Source: Schmidtea nova (Eukaryota). From it: DNA of 64,000 bases. Location of the stretch: the NCBI GenBank assembly GCA_044892505.1, contig CM097884.1:6572001-6636000 (forward strand), in the 5' to 3' direction. Each line of letters starts with the position of its first letter. Positions within the stretch are counted from its first letter, which is position 1. Both the position numbers and the translations under genes were made by a program. Shown here piece after piece: positions 13,411 through 25,649 of the stretch. Under the pieces are notes generated by a model, which did no database searches, was not told the DNA's origin, and saw nothing but the letters and a program-made list of their open reading frames with translations.

Positions 13411-13731
13411 TAATTTCTAGAGTTTTTGCTTGATATTAAATAATTGTTTTGTAAAATAAAATTTTTATTACAATTTGTTTGTTTTCAATTAGAAATTATT
13501 TTAGTTTTCCCGGGGATATTTTCTATTAAACTGCTTTTTTTTAAAAACTTATTTTTTGTAATTCATATTTAATTATTTCTATTATTGTTAAAGTGTTTTC
13601 TATTTAAAATGATATTACTATGTAATGAATTTTTTATTCATTTGATTTTTCATTTAATTGATTTTTCATTAAAATTTCTATTTTTAATTCTTATTTAGAT
13701 ATATCTTTATTAATAATTAATACGAATTATA

Positions 13732-14585
13732 GGTGTACCCAAAATTAAGTGCATTTTTTAAATGTAATGGGCATTGTTGATAAAATGTCAGAAATCTATG
13801 TGCATATTTATATTGAAATTGAACTAATTAAATAATATAACTAAAAATAATATATACATAATATATATTGTTTAACTAAATTCATTTCGTCAGTTTTTCA
13901 TACGCAGCTTCAAATAATGCAGGCAACTGAGGAGAATGTGAATTTCTTTATTGCGACGTTAACAAAGAATAATTACAAGGCTCAGGATATTCTCTTTTTA
14001 TTGGCGAATGCTTGGGGCGAAGACAACATTATTAAAGTTCGACAAATCCAGAAAAAGATGAATCAGTTTGTCACTGGCGAGAGAGTAGAATTTACTCATA
14101 AAAAAGGACAAGGCCGACCAAAAGAAGTGAGAACTGTTCAGAATGTTACTGCCATTAAGGATTTTGTAGAGAACGATCCCTGTATGTCGATGAGTGACAT
14201 CTCCCATGTAGTTGGTCTGAGTTGGTCTACCGTTCAACGAGTTTTGATTGATGATCTCGAGAAGATATCTGTCTACGCCAGGTGGTTGCCCCACAAGTTG
14301 ACCGAGAACATGAAGCAGAACAGAGTTGCAAGAGCAGATGTTATTATGAAGGAGCTGCATGGCAATGTTATGGTAGTTGATGAGAAATGGCTTTATAGTG
14401 TTCCGATACCACACAAAGAGAGTCACCGAGCATGTTTCGATCCCGGGGGTGACAGACCTGAGCAGGCTCATCGCAGAATTTCTGATAAAAAGTTCCACAT
14501 CATTGTGTGAATTTCTTTCCGAGGAGACTACTACTTTGAAGTTTTTCAACATGGAGAAACGGTAAATGCCCACCGATATATTACT
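13732..14585 (+). mobile_element. 3'-truncated mariner-type transposon
   Basis: TA at 13730-13731 followed by GGTGTACCCAAAA. ORF 13917-14510 has an HTH, GRP, YARWLPHKLT and VVDEKWLY, and continues past a TGA to GETVNAHRY. The third catalytic residue and right TIR are absent. Confidence 0.85.
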
Positions 14586-14822
14586 GTAAATAATCTCTAT
14601 AAATTTTTAATTATTTTTTTCAAATTATTCAACTTTATGTTAAGAATTGATAAATTAATTTAAAACTTTTAAAATTAATTAAGAACTTTGTCGTAAAGTT
14701 TGTATTCAACTAACAATTTTATTTAAAATTATCTTGAATGTATTCGTAATTGATTCATTGTTTTTCCTCTAAATTTATCTTTATTTTTATTTTAAAAAAT
14801 AAATTATCTATTTTCTTATAAG

Positions 14823-15900
14823 AGTAGGTAGATGTGTGGAGTCAAACACAAAGAAATGCGTAGGCGAAAAAAAGAACAAAACATAACTCTCGGGGGAGGT
14901 AAATTTTTCTTATGACTCAGCGATGACTCATCGATGACTCATAATATTTTTCGAAAAATTTTCTGTTTTTCTTTAAATTTCTTTTTATCTTATTTTTTTA
15001 ACCTTTTTTACCTTTTATTTTCGAAATATTTTCTATCTTTTTTTAAAATTAATTTTAGTTTTTTTACCTTTTTTTAACCTTTTTTAATTTTTTTCATTAT
15101 TTTTTTATTTTCGAAATATTTTCTCTTTTTTTAAATTAAATTAAATTTATTTTTTTACCTTTATTTTTTATTATCTTTTTTTTTCGAAAAATTTTCTAAC
15201 TTTTTTAAAATTTATTTATATTTATTTTTTTACTTTTTTAAAATTTTTTTTAAAATTTTAAAACTTTTTAATCTTTTAATTTGGGAAAATTTTCTGTTTT
15301 TTTAATAACTTTTTATTTGACTAATCGAATATTCATTGATGACTCATCCAAAATTTTTATGAATCATCGAAAAATAAGCAAATCTTTTCAACTTTCTCAA
15401 TTTTCATTATTTTGTATTTTTTTGGTTTGTATGACTCATCGATGATAAAATTTTAAAAGTTAAAAAAAGTTTAAGCCGATAACTCATCTCAGTTATGACT
15501 CACTCTTATGAGTCATCCATGATTCATTTCAAATTTGAATTATATGATTTCATCGATGACTCATTTCAAATTAAAATAAATTTTTAAAAATTTTAGAATA
15601 CAAGTATCAAGGTCAAATTTGGTATCGTTCTCAAAGCATTTCAGTGACGCACACGGTGGTATTAATTTTAAAGGTGTCTGATCAAAAAATAAAAATTTTT
15701 GAAACAAAAAGAAAAAAACTTAAAGTACCAAGGTTAAAATTGGTATCGTTCTCAAGGCTTTTCCCAGACACACACGGTGTTATTTTTTGAAGTTGACTGA
15801 TCGAAAAAATAAAATTTTGTACCAAAATTTTAAAAATTTCAAATCCCAAGGTCAAATTTAGTATCATTCTAAGCGCCTTCGCTATATGAACACGATGCTA
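14823..15900 (+). mobile_element. Maverick-family terminal region (left-end type)
   Basis: AGTAGGTAGATGTGTGGAGTCAAACACAAAGAAATGCG, whose reverse complement occurs at 43465-43503. Followed by a TGACTCA cluster and three ~120-bp repeats containing AAGGT(C/T)AAA..TGGTATCGTTCTCAA; same architecture as 40420-41379 inverted. Confidence 0.7.
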
Positions 15901-15904
15901 TATA

Positions 15905-16300
15905 ATTTCATACCTTTTTGAAACAAAGACATTTTAATGCCAAACTAACTAAACAAAGACATTTCAATGCCAAAATAACTAAACAAAGACATTTCATTGC
16001 CAAAAACCTTAACAAAGACAATTCAATTCCAATATAACTAAACTAAGACATAACTAAACTAAACATTTCAATGCCAAAAAAAACTAAACAAAGATAATGC
16101 AATGCCCAATTCCTTAACAAAGACATTTCAATGCCAAAAAAAACTAAACAAAAACATTTCAATGCCAAAAACGTTAACAAAGACATTTCAATGCCAAAGT
16201 AACTAAACAAAGACATTTCAATGTCAAAGACCTTAACAAAGACATTATAATGCCAAAAAACCTTTACAAAGAAATTTAAATCCTAAAACCTTCAAGATGT
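15905..16300 (+). repeat. ~30-bp minisatellite AACAAAGACATTTCAATGCCAAAAACCTT (reads NKDISMPKTL in one frame)
   Basis: About 12 contiguous imperfect units; degenerate units at 16378-16450 and 16963-17215, and inverted at 21625-21830 and 40420-40485. Confidence 0.88.
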
Positions 16301-16471
16301 CAAAAAAATAAACTACCTCAAGGTAATATATATTTATTTTCCTACTCATTTTGACACTGCAATTCATTTGCAATATTAACAAAGACATTGCAGTACAAAT
16401 GCAAGTAAACAAAGACATCGAAATCCAGAACTACAAAGACATTCATGCAAGTTATTATTAATAATAATAAT

Positions 16472-16540
<69 letters not shown>

Positions 16541-17558
16541 TCGTGTTATTGTTTATAAAAAAAAATTTGATCTATAGTCATTATGAGAATTATTGATAAT
16601 AATAAAAAAAGATCAAANNNNNNNNNNNNNNNNNNNNNNNNNNNNNNNNNNNNNNNNNNNNNNNNNNNNNNNNNNNNNNNNNNNNNNNNNNNNNNNNNNN
16701 NNNNNNNNNNNNNNNNNNNNNNNNNNNNNNNNNNNNNNNNNNNNNNNNNNNNNNNNNNNNNNNNNNNNNNNNNNNNNNNNNNNNNNNNNNNNNNNNNNNN
16801 NNNNNNNNNNNNNNNNNNNNNNNNNNNNNNNNNNNNNNNNNNNNNNNNNNNNNNNNNNNNNNNNNNNNNNNNNNNNNNNNNNNNNNNNNNNNNNNNNNNN
16901 NNNNNNNNNNNNNNNNNNNNNNNNNNNNNNNNNNNNNNNNNNNTATAATATTAACAAAGACATTGCACTACAGATGCAAGTTAACAAAGACATGCAATAT
17001 TAACAAAGACATTTCAATGCCAAATCAACTTAACAAAGACATTTCAATGCCAAAACACCTTAACAAATACATTGCAAGCTAGAATTACAAAGACATACAT
17101 ACATCCAATTTAATTATAATATTAATTATAATGTTTACATTGCAATCCATGTGCAGTATTTACAAAGACATTGCAATACATGTGCAAGACATATTAACAA
17201 AGACATACATGCAAGGTTATAATAATATAATTATTCCTATACCTATAAATTGATAATATTGTTGAAAATAAATTCTAAAAAAAATAAATATGTGTATCAA
17301 TAAAAAGCTAGGTGAAAATTTATTAAATTAATGACCATTTTCTCAGTATCATTGGTAAAATATTACAATTATAAATAAATAAATAAATAAATAAATAAAA
17401 ATATATATATATATATATATCAGATAGTAACTCGAGCTACGAATTCAGTAAATTTTATATCATCTTATCAACTTTTATTAATTTTATGTTTTAGTGAAAA
17501 GCATTTTGACAATCTGTTTTAGTAAAATTATATGAAAATGCATATATTTTGTAAAACA

Positions 17559-17786
17559 TTATAAATATATCACATGATATTCATCAATATTTATACCAGA
17601 AGATTCACACTTAGCAGAGTTTTTTAAACATTTTGAACAAATAATGACATGTCCACAAGGTAAATATAAAATGAAAACTCTATTTGTATTACATATTAAA
17701 CATGTGAGAAATATTTGTTTGGTTTCTTCCGATTTATTGTTGACATTTGATAGCAAGGTTCTGTCACTATGATAAATACATGACAA
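17559..17786 (-). CDS. IAP/MDM2-type C-terminal RING finger (partly degenerate)
   Basis: CLIC-x11-CGH-xx-CSKC-x6-C..IDEYHVIYL*: the LPCGH motif and terminal hydrophobic tail are typical of IAP RINGs. The last CxxC is reduced to CESS. Confidence 0.7.
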   Translation of the reverse strand: MSCIYHSDRTLLSNVNNKSEETKQIFLTCLICNTNRVFILYLPCGHVIICSKCLKNSAKCESSGINIDEYHVIYL

Positions 17787-19947
17787 ATTGTCATACTATT
17801 GATATAATCACAGAAATTATTCTTAAATTATAGAAGAAATATATCAAAAATACACGAAATATAAATTGAATACATGAAGTATCATCAGTAAGTATCATTA
17901 CATACATGAAATATCATTATACTATTGTGCAAAATACATACAAAATGTCATCATACTATAGTGAATAAATATACAAACACAAAATATCAGAAATACAAAC
18001 AAACATATATACATAAAATTTCATATATATAATCACAAATTATTTTAATATAAAATCATCACAAAATACATAGAAAATATCAAATATACATTAAATACAC
18101 ACAAATATCAAAGATTTATAGAAATTCAATACACAAACAAATAAGAAATATTATCATATATGAAATTCCATCACAAAATATTATTACCCTACACACAAAA
18201 TAATAAGAAAATCTTCATACACACACTAGAAATACATACAATAATAATCATAAAAGAAATATTATCACACCAGTGCAAAATTTTACACAAAATATAATCA
18301 CATTGCATAANNNNNNNNNNNNNNNNNNNNNNNNNNNNNNNNNNNNNNNNNNNNNNNNNNNNNNNNNNNNNNNNNNNNNNNNNNNNNNNNNNNNNNNNNN
18401 NNNNNNNNNNNNNNNNNNNNNNNNNNNNNNNNNNNNNNNNNNNNNNNNNNNNNNNNNNNNNNNNNNNNNNNNNNNNNNNNNNNNNNNNNNNNNNNNNNNN
18501 NNNNNNNNNNNNNNNGGAAAATACAAACATATACACAAAATATTATCAAATTTTAGTGCCTAAACATTAGAACTACACACAAAATATATGAAATATGATC
18601 ATAAAATATCAAAGATTCACAAAGAAAATACACAAAAGATTATCATATTATTGTTTGATAACATAGAAATACATAGAAAATTAAAATACATACAAGTATT
18701 ATTACATACATGAAATACCATTACACAAAGAATTTACTGTAATATTTGAAAGATTTATTTTCATTAATAATGTATTGTTACATTTTCATCAATTTTAGTC
18801 AGTAGCAGAACATTGCTAACAGAACATTGCAAGCAGAACACTAGTAACAGAACATCTTTTATGATGGTTTTTATCTGCCAAAGCTTCATACTTGAACATT
18901 TATTACTGTTACATTAAAGTATGATGATATATGTGATTATATTTTGTATGTGATGATTTTCTAAGTATATGATTATATCCTTTGTATGTATATATGATGA
19001 TATTTCATATTTGTTGATATTTATGATTATATGTCATATATCTTTGATATTTCTATATTTTATATGTAATTGCACTAGTATGTAAATATTTTTTTAATGA
19101 CTATTGTTGTGAATTTGATTAATTTCTGTGTATTTTTGATGATTTTCTATATAATTGCACTATAGTATGATGATATATTATGATGATAACCTTTGTATCT
19201 ATGAAGCAGTTTTTTAATATTATGAGTATTTGCATTATAGCATGATGATATCCTGTCTGTATGTCCATTAAAGTATGATGATATTTCATGTATGTAAAGA
19301 TATTTTGTGATGACTTTTCATATATGTAATGATATCCTTTGTGTATAGGATTTATTTCTATGTACTTTTGATAATTTGTATGTAGATATTTCATATATGT
19401 TAAAAATATTTGTGTAATGATATTTCATGTATGTAATGATACTTGTATTATAATTTTATATGTATTTCTATGTTATCAAACAATAATATGATAATCTTTC
19501 GTGTATTTTCTTTGTGAATCTTTGATATTTTATGATCATATTTCATATATTTTGTGTGTATTTCTAATGTTTAGGCACTAAAATTTGATAATATTTTGTG
19601 TCTATGTTTGTATTTTTCTTTGTATTTTACATTAAAGTATAATAATAATAATATTTCATATATGTGAAAAGGTGCAAAGTGATAATATTTTGTGTATAAT
19701 TTTGCACGGGTGTGATAATATTTCTTTTTATGATTATTATTGTATGTATTTCTAGTGTGCGTATGAAAAATTTCTTATAATTATGTGTGTAAGATTATGA
19801 TATTTTGTGATGAAATTTCATATATGATAATATTTCTTATTTGTGTGTGTTTTGAATTTCTATAAATCTTTGATATTTGTGTGTATTTAATGTATATTTG
19901 ATATTTTCTATGTATTTTGTGATGATTTTATATGAAAATAATTTGTG

Positions 19948-19992
<45 letters not shown>

Positions 19993-21044
19993 TTGTATGT
20001 TTTTGCACTATAGTATAATAAGTTCATGCACGTGATAATCTGTAATAATATTTTTATATGTGATTTTTTGTATGTGTGATGAATCTATATATCTTTGATA
20101 GTTTCTGTATTTTGTGGATAGTTCATGTATTTCTGTTATCAAACTATAGTAAGATGAAATCTTATGTATGTATGTATATTTGTATTTATGATATTTTGTG
20201 CGTATGTATTTATTAATTATAGTATGATGACATTTTGTGTGTATTTTGTACAATAGTATAATGATAATTCATGTATGTAATGATACTTTGTGATGATACT
20301 TTATGTATGTAATTTATATTTCATGTATTTCTGATATATTTGTACTATAATTTAAGAATAACCTGTGTGATTATCTCAATGCTATGATAATCTTTCATGT
20401 ATTTATCATAGTGACAGAATTTTGCTATCAGAACCTTAGTAGAAGAACGCACTGTGATGGTTTTTATGTGTAAAAGCTTCATACTTGAACATATTCCTAA
20501 TAAAAAATAAACTGTTACCTAATTTTCATTGTTCCCTATCATCATTTAATGTAATAGTTTAGCAAAACTTTCGATCATTGATTGGTAACTAAAATGGTTG
20601 GTTATTAAAATGGTTGATTTGTGCAATATAAATACAACTTGTAAATAGTATTGATTGACATAAATGAATAAAAGAACAAATAACGTTAGTTTTAAAAATA
20701 TATATTTAAATTATTTATTTTAAACTAGGTTACTGATAATTTCATTACTTTGGACAATTAGAACCAATCATCTTTAATACTTCGATTGAGAAATGCGATA
20801 TCGACATTCTTTCAAAATTATTCAAATCCTTCAATAATAATAAATTAATTATTGGTTTAACAGACTCATTTGGATATGATAAATCAATGATGAAATTATC
20901 CAGTTTTATTATGATTCTTATTGATATCGATTCTACTGAATTCAATCTGAATACCATTTTTTGATCTTGCTTGGAATTTCGACTTGGAAAATATCGTACT
21001 CTTATTCAAACTTTCATGCTGAATGTGGATATTTTAGAGGTAAA

Positions 21045-21174
21045 TGTCAGCAATAAATCGGAAGAAACCAAACAAAGATTTCTCACATGTTTAATATGTA
21101 ATATAAATAGAGTTTGCATTTTATATTTACCTTGTGAACATGTCATTATTTGTTCAAAATGTTTAAAAAACTGA
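21045..21174 (+). pseudogene. Second RING finger copy, truncated at a (TA)n run
   Basis: CLICNINRVCILYLPCEHVIICSKCLKN*; inverted paralogue of 17559-17786. Confidence 0.7.
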
Positions 21175-21185
21175 TAAGTGTGAAT

Positions 21186-21270
<85 letters not shown>

Positions 21271-21393
21271 ACAAAATATAAGTATTTTCATAGATTGTCA
21301 AAAACCTTTTCACTATAACATAAAATTAATAAATATTGATTAGATGATATCAAATTTACTGAATTCCTAGCTTGATTTACTATCTGATATATA

Positions 21394-21468
<75 letters not shown>

Positions 21469-21837
21469 GTAATATTTTACCAATCATACTGAGAAAATGG
21501 TAATTAATTAAATAAATTTTCACCTAGCTTTTTATTGATACACATATTTATTTTTTTTAGAATTTATTTTCAACAATATTACATTATCAATTTGTAAGTA
21601 TAGGAATAATTATATTATTATTATTAACTTGCATATATGTCTTTGTTAATATGTCTTGCACATGTATTGCAATGTCTTTGTAAATATTGCACATGGATTG
21701 CAATGTAAAAATAATAATAATAATAATAATAATAATAATTATTATTATTAACTTGTTTGTATATATGTATGTCTTTGTTTACTTGCATCTGTAGTGCAAT
21801 GTCTTTGTTAATATTGTATATGTATTGCATTGTCAAA

Positions 21838-21900
<63 letters not shown>

Positions 21901-22559
21901 AACTTTCATGTATGTCTTTATAATTCTGGATTGCAATAAATCGATTTATCAAACAAATTAATATTAATTTTTAGAATAAAATATATATTTGAAAAGTTAA
22001 ACGAGTATAGAACACAAATCAAAAGAAGAAAATAAACATAATCAACAATCACATCAGTTAATTTACTTAAACCGCAAAAAATGAGGCAAACACACGCACT
22101 CAAAACTCTCACACTCACATATTCACAAACATCGATATGACTGAAGACAACTCTAAATCCCATTAATTGATTCCGCTCTAAAACTCGAATACAGAGAAGA
22201 CGGGCAGTCTTTTCAAATGTATGTGTCATGTCAACAATGACGTTTGAAAATATAAACGAGAACAGAGCAAAGACGATTACATAATAAGCAAAGTTTTATG
22301 CAATGATTGTATAGTATGTAAAGTATTGCACAAAAAGTATTACGCATTGGCTACGTAATACATACAGTATTGTATAATGTATAAAGTATTATACAAAAAT
22401 TTCGTAAAATATGAAATGTTTCGCAAAAAATGAAGTAGTGTATAATAATTTCGCAACATACCGATCATTACATAATAATATATAGATTTTATGGGTATTG
22501 GCAATTATTATGCAATTATTATGTATAATTATTACGTAATATGTACAGTTTAGGGATAA

Positions 22560-22697
22560 ATGGTTTTTGCTAGATCATTCACTTTCATTTACCGACATAA
22601 TACCCGAAAAGAAGCAACCTATCAATGTGACAGTTGTCAAGTTCCTTTCTTTAGAATACCCTGTTTCAAAGACTATCAAACTAGGGCAAAATTATGA
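22560..22697 (+). pseudogene. piggyBac transposase C-terminal cysteine-rich domain fragment
   Basis: TRKEATYQCDSCQVPFFRIPCFKDY*, lying ~160 bp inside a CAGTCCTTAAGTGG-TTAA right end. Confidence 0.75.
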
Positions 22698-22853
22698 AAA
22701 AATACTTTGCATTTGCAAATAATTGTTAAATCATCATTGGTTGTATAAGTCTTTACTCATAAAAATTAAAAAAAAATATTTTTCATCTTATTTTTCAAAA
22801 TTAATACAGCCTGGATAGTTATCTTAGGTCCACAATAATCAGTCCTTAAGTGG

Positions 22854-23330
22854 TTAAGATTGAATATTTGAAGTGAAGAAAAATGATAAACTTTTATATA
22901 GCGTTTATCAGTGCTTCTATACGATAAATTGTAAATATTTCACTTGATTTTAATTTTTTCTCTGAAAATAGCATCAAACCAAAACGCCTAAATGCACACT
23001 AAAAGTCAAGGATAACATGAAGAGGTTTATAAATTGGAGGCTATGAGGAGTCTGGATCTTTCATTTAACTTTACTTATTTAATTTTGAAATTTTATATGG
23101 CGCGATTTTTAAACTGTATCGTTTTACTGTTTGGATTATTTTTTATTTTTAAATTTATTTATTAATAACTAATTTATTTTTTTTATTTATAAATTTACTT
23201 TTTTTTATTTATTTTTTAATTTTTTTATTCACTTTACTAATTTATTTTTAATTTTAATTGTATTTATTTATTGTAATATTATTAATTATTTAATTAAATT
23301 TATTTTCTAATTTATTTTTTTATTTATTTA
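22854..23330 (+). repeat. Right continuation of the 7920-9374 dispersed repeat (inverted paralogue ~45040-45487)
   Basis: Shared GTTTATCAGTGCTTCTATA, GTCAAGGATAACATGAAG and AATTGGAGGCTATGAGGAGTCTG. Confidence 0.85.
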
Positions 23331-23339
23331 TTTTTAAAT

Positions 23340-24050
23340 AATAAACTAGATATGTTATTTATTTATTATTATTTCATTTATTTATTTTATTATAATAATT
23401 ATTTTTATTATTAAGTAGTAATTAGAGTATGACATTTATTGATTATTATTATAATTATTTTATTTATTCATTCACTTTATTTATTTAATTTAAAATTATT
23501 ATTTATTTAATTTAATTTTCTTTTAATAATCTATTTATTTATTTTTTTAAATTTTATTAATTTTATTAATTTTATTAATAATTTAATTAAATTTATTTTT
23601 TTATGTATTTTTATTTATTTATTTTTAAATAATAAACTAAATATGTTATTTATTTATTATAATTTCATTTATTTATTTTATTAAAATAATTATTTTTATT
23701 ATTAAGTAGTAATTAGAGTATGACATTTATTGATTATTACTATAATTATTTTATTTATTCATTCACTTTATTTATTTAATTTAATATTATTATTTATTTA
23801 ATTTAATTTTCTTTTAATAATCTATTTATTTCTTTTTATTTATTTCTTTATTAATATTAAACTAGATATTGTATTTATTTATAATTAATATTTATAATCA
23901 TTTTAGTTATTTTTTATAATAATAATAATAATTATTTTTTATTATAATAATAATTATTTTTTATTATAATAATCATTATTTTTTTATTATTAAGTAGTAA
24001 TACTTTTTATTATTTTTATTGATTATTACTCTAATCTTGTATTAATTAAT
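23340..24050. repeat. Extremely AT-rich ~290-bp tandem duplication (about 2.5 units)
   Basis: TAAGTAGTAATTAGAGTATGACATTTATTG occurs at ~23412 and ~23703; partial third unit near 23990. Confidence 0.75.
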
Positions 24051-25649
24051 TTATTTTAAATTTTATATATTTATTTTAATATTAATTTTAATTATTTAAT
24101 TTAATGATTTATTTTAATTTCCTTTTTATTTATTTATATTTATATCTAAACTAAATTAATATCATTAAGTNNNNNNNNNNNNNNNNNNNNNNNNNNNNNN
24201 NNNNNNNNNNNNNNNNNNNNNNNNNNNNNNNNNNNNNNNNNNNNNNNNNNNNNNNNNNNNNNNNNNNNNNNNNNNNNNNNNNNNNNNNNNNNNNNNNNNN
24301 NNNNNNNNNNNNNNNNNNNNNNNNNNNNNNNNNNAGACACGGATATAATTATAATTTAAAACTAATTTTCTATATTTTGATTATTGATATCATGTGATTA
24401 AATTATTTGTCTTGTTTTCGTTCATTTTTCTAGACCACATTCTGGTTTTTATTTTCATATACCTTTGTGGAACTGGATTATCTACAATGTTCAATAATAA
24501 AAATATGTATTTGACTCGAAATAGACTCTTGCGTACGAATAGCACTTTGAAATGTGATTGGATAAATTAGCTAAGTGTGTTCAACTACAGAAGTCACATT
24601 TAATAAGCAGATTAGGCGTATTAACTTTTAACATTTCGATTTTTTAAAGTTATTTAACTCTTTCTTTTAACTTCCAATTTCTGTTTGTTTTCTTGTCAAA
24701 CTTTGGATCGATTTTAAAGCCACTTCCCGATATCCAATCGATCTGAAAATTTGCGAGCAGACTCGTGGTGGCCCATAAATTATTCCATTGAAAAATTTTG
24801 AAACAATGTGATTTTTCAATTCACTGTTGCCAAGAAACTACCAAACAATGAAACAACAATAAAATTAACCGAGAACATGAGAAAAAGAAAGAGTTACATT
24901 AAAAACTTGTTTTTATGGGTTCCTTTTTTTTTATTAAAAATTAAAATCTTAGTATTGCGAAATTATTTCCGTATGTTAAATAAAATATCATAGAATGCTG
25001 TGAAAGAGATTTCCAATATTTTGTGTCTGTTTTTAAAAATTGTTTTTATTTGATTGTAAAGTATTTGCCCAATTATTCAAGCGTGATTGGTTCTTTTTGA
25101 ATCTGAACAACTTATCAGAGGTATTCTTGTTCATTGCATTTCGTTTAAAGATTTTGTCGCTAGATCCAATCATTCTTCATTATAATCTTTGTTCTTTCAT
25201 CCTACAATATTTCTCAACTAAAAACATTTATAAATTTTTATTTCTCGAGCCATCTAGCGAGACTCCTTGTTTCTGAAAACAAAAATACTAAATAATTATG
25301 GCATTTCTAAATTTATATAAAGTATTACCAAATTTTACTAAAAGAGGAACTTTGTTAACTAATCGTTTTATTAAAGCTGTTTTCTAAATTTATTAGTTTT
25401 TATTTAAAAATATCACTACCGTTTTTGACAAGCATTTAAAATAATTTCATTCAAAACTTTGTTCAAAATTAAATATTAATATTCAAGTTTAGCATGAAAA
25501 AGCAAAAATAATGAAAATATCTCTAGTCGGGACCTCTTGGAAATTTGCTTTTCTAATATTATTTGTTTTAACTGGAAATATTTAATAATAAAAATTAATG
25601 TAAACATTGTTAAAAAAGAAAAGTTGTAAACCTTTTATTAAATTTTAGC

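Larger units (their letters stand above)
9775..13729. mobile_element. Maverick-family relic with ~700 bp diverged inverted arms
   Basis: Starts AGTAGTAGGAGGAAG, like the terminus at 28951. ~9850-10560 is the diverged reverse complement of ~13030-13720, and each arm holds TBP-like sequence. An internal PolB N-terminus homologue lies at ~11510-11690. Confidence 0.6.
16378..21920. repeat. Diverged inverted duplication (arms ~16378-18730 and ~19420-21920)
   Basis: 17280-17520 mirrors 21290-21565, 18540-18720 mirrors 19425-19610, and RING copies face in opposite directions. The right arm has an extra ~610 bp (20431-21040). Confidence 0.85.
9375..22853 (+). mobile_element. TTAA-flanked piggyBac-type insertion of 13.5 kb with nested Maverick-derived and mariner sequence
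   Basis: aacatct-TTAA-CC at 9371 and GG-TTAA-gattgaat at 22854. The paralogue reads aacatct-TTAA-gattgaat (empty site, 45484-45487). A piggyBac cysteine-rich C-terminus is encoded near the right end. Termini match only 7/12. Confidence 0.8.

Noticed and set aside
15905-16300. CRISPR-like array of ~30-bp repeats
   Set aside because: Units are contiguous with no unique spacers, the context is eukaryotic, and there are no cas genes; it is a minisatellite.
25000-25435. Spliced minus-strand mini-gene (MLVKNETALIKRLVNK...) head-to-head with the LamG-like gene
   Set aside because: Two plausible introns, but the frame stops after ~34 codons and no family is recognisable.
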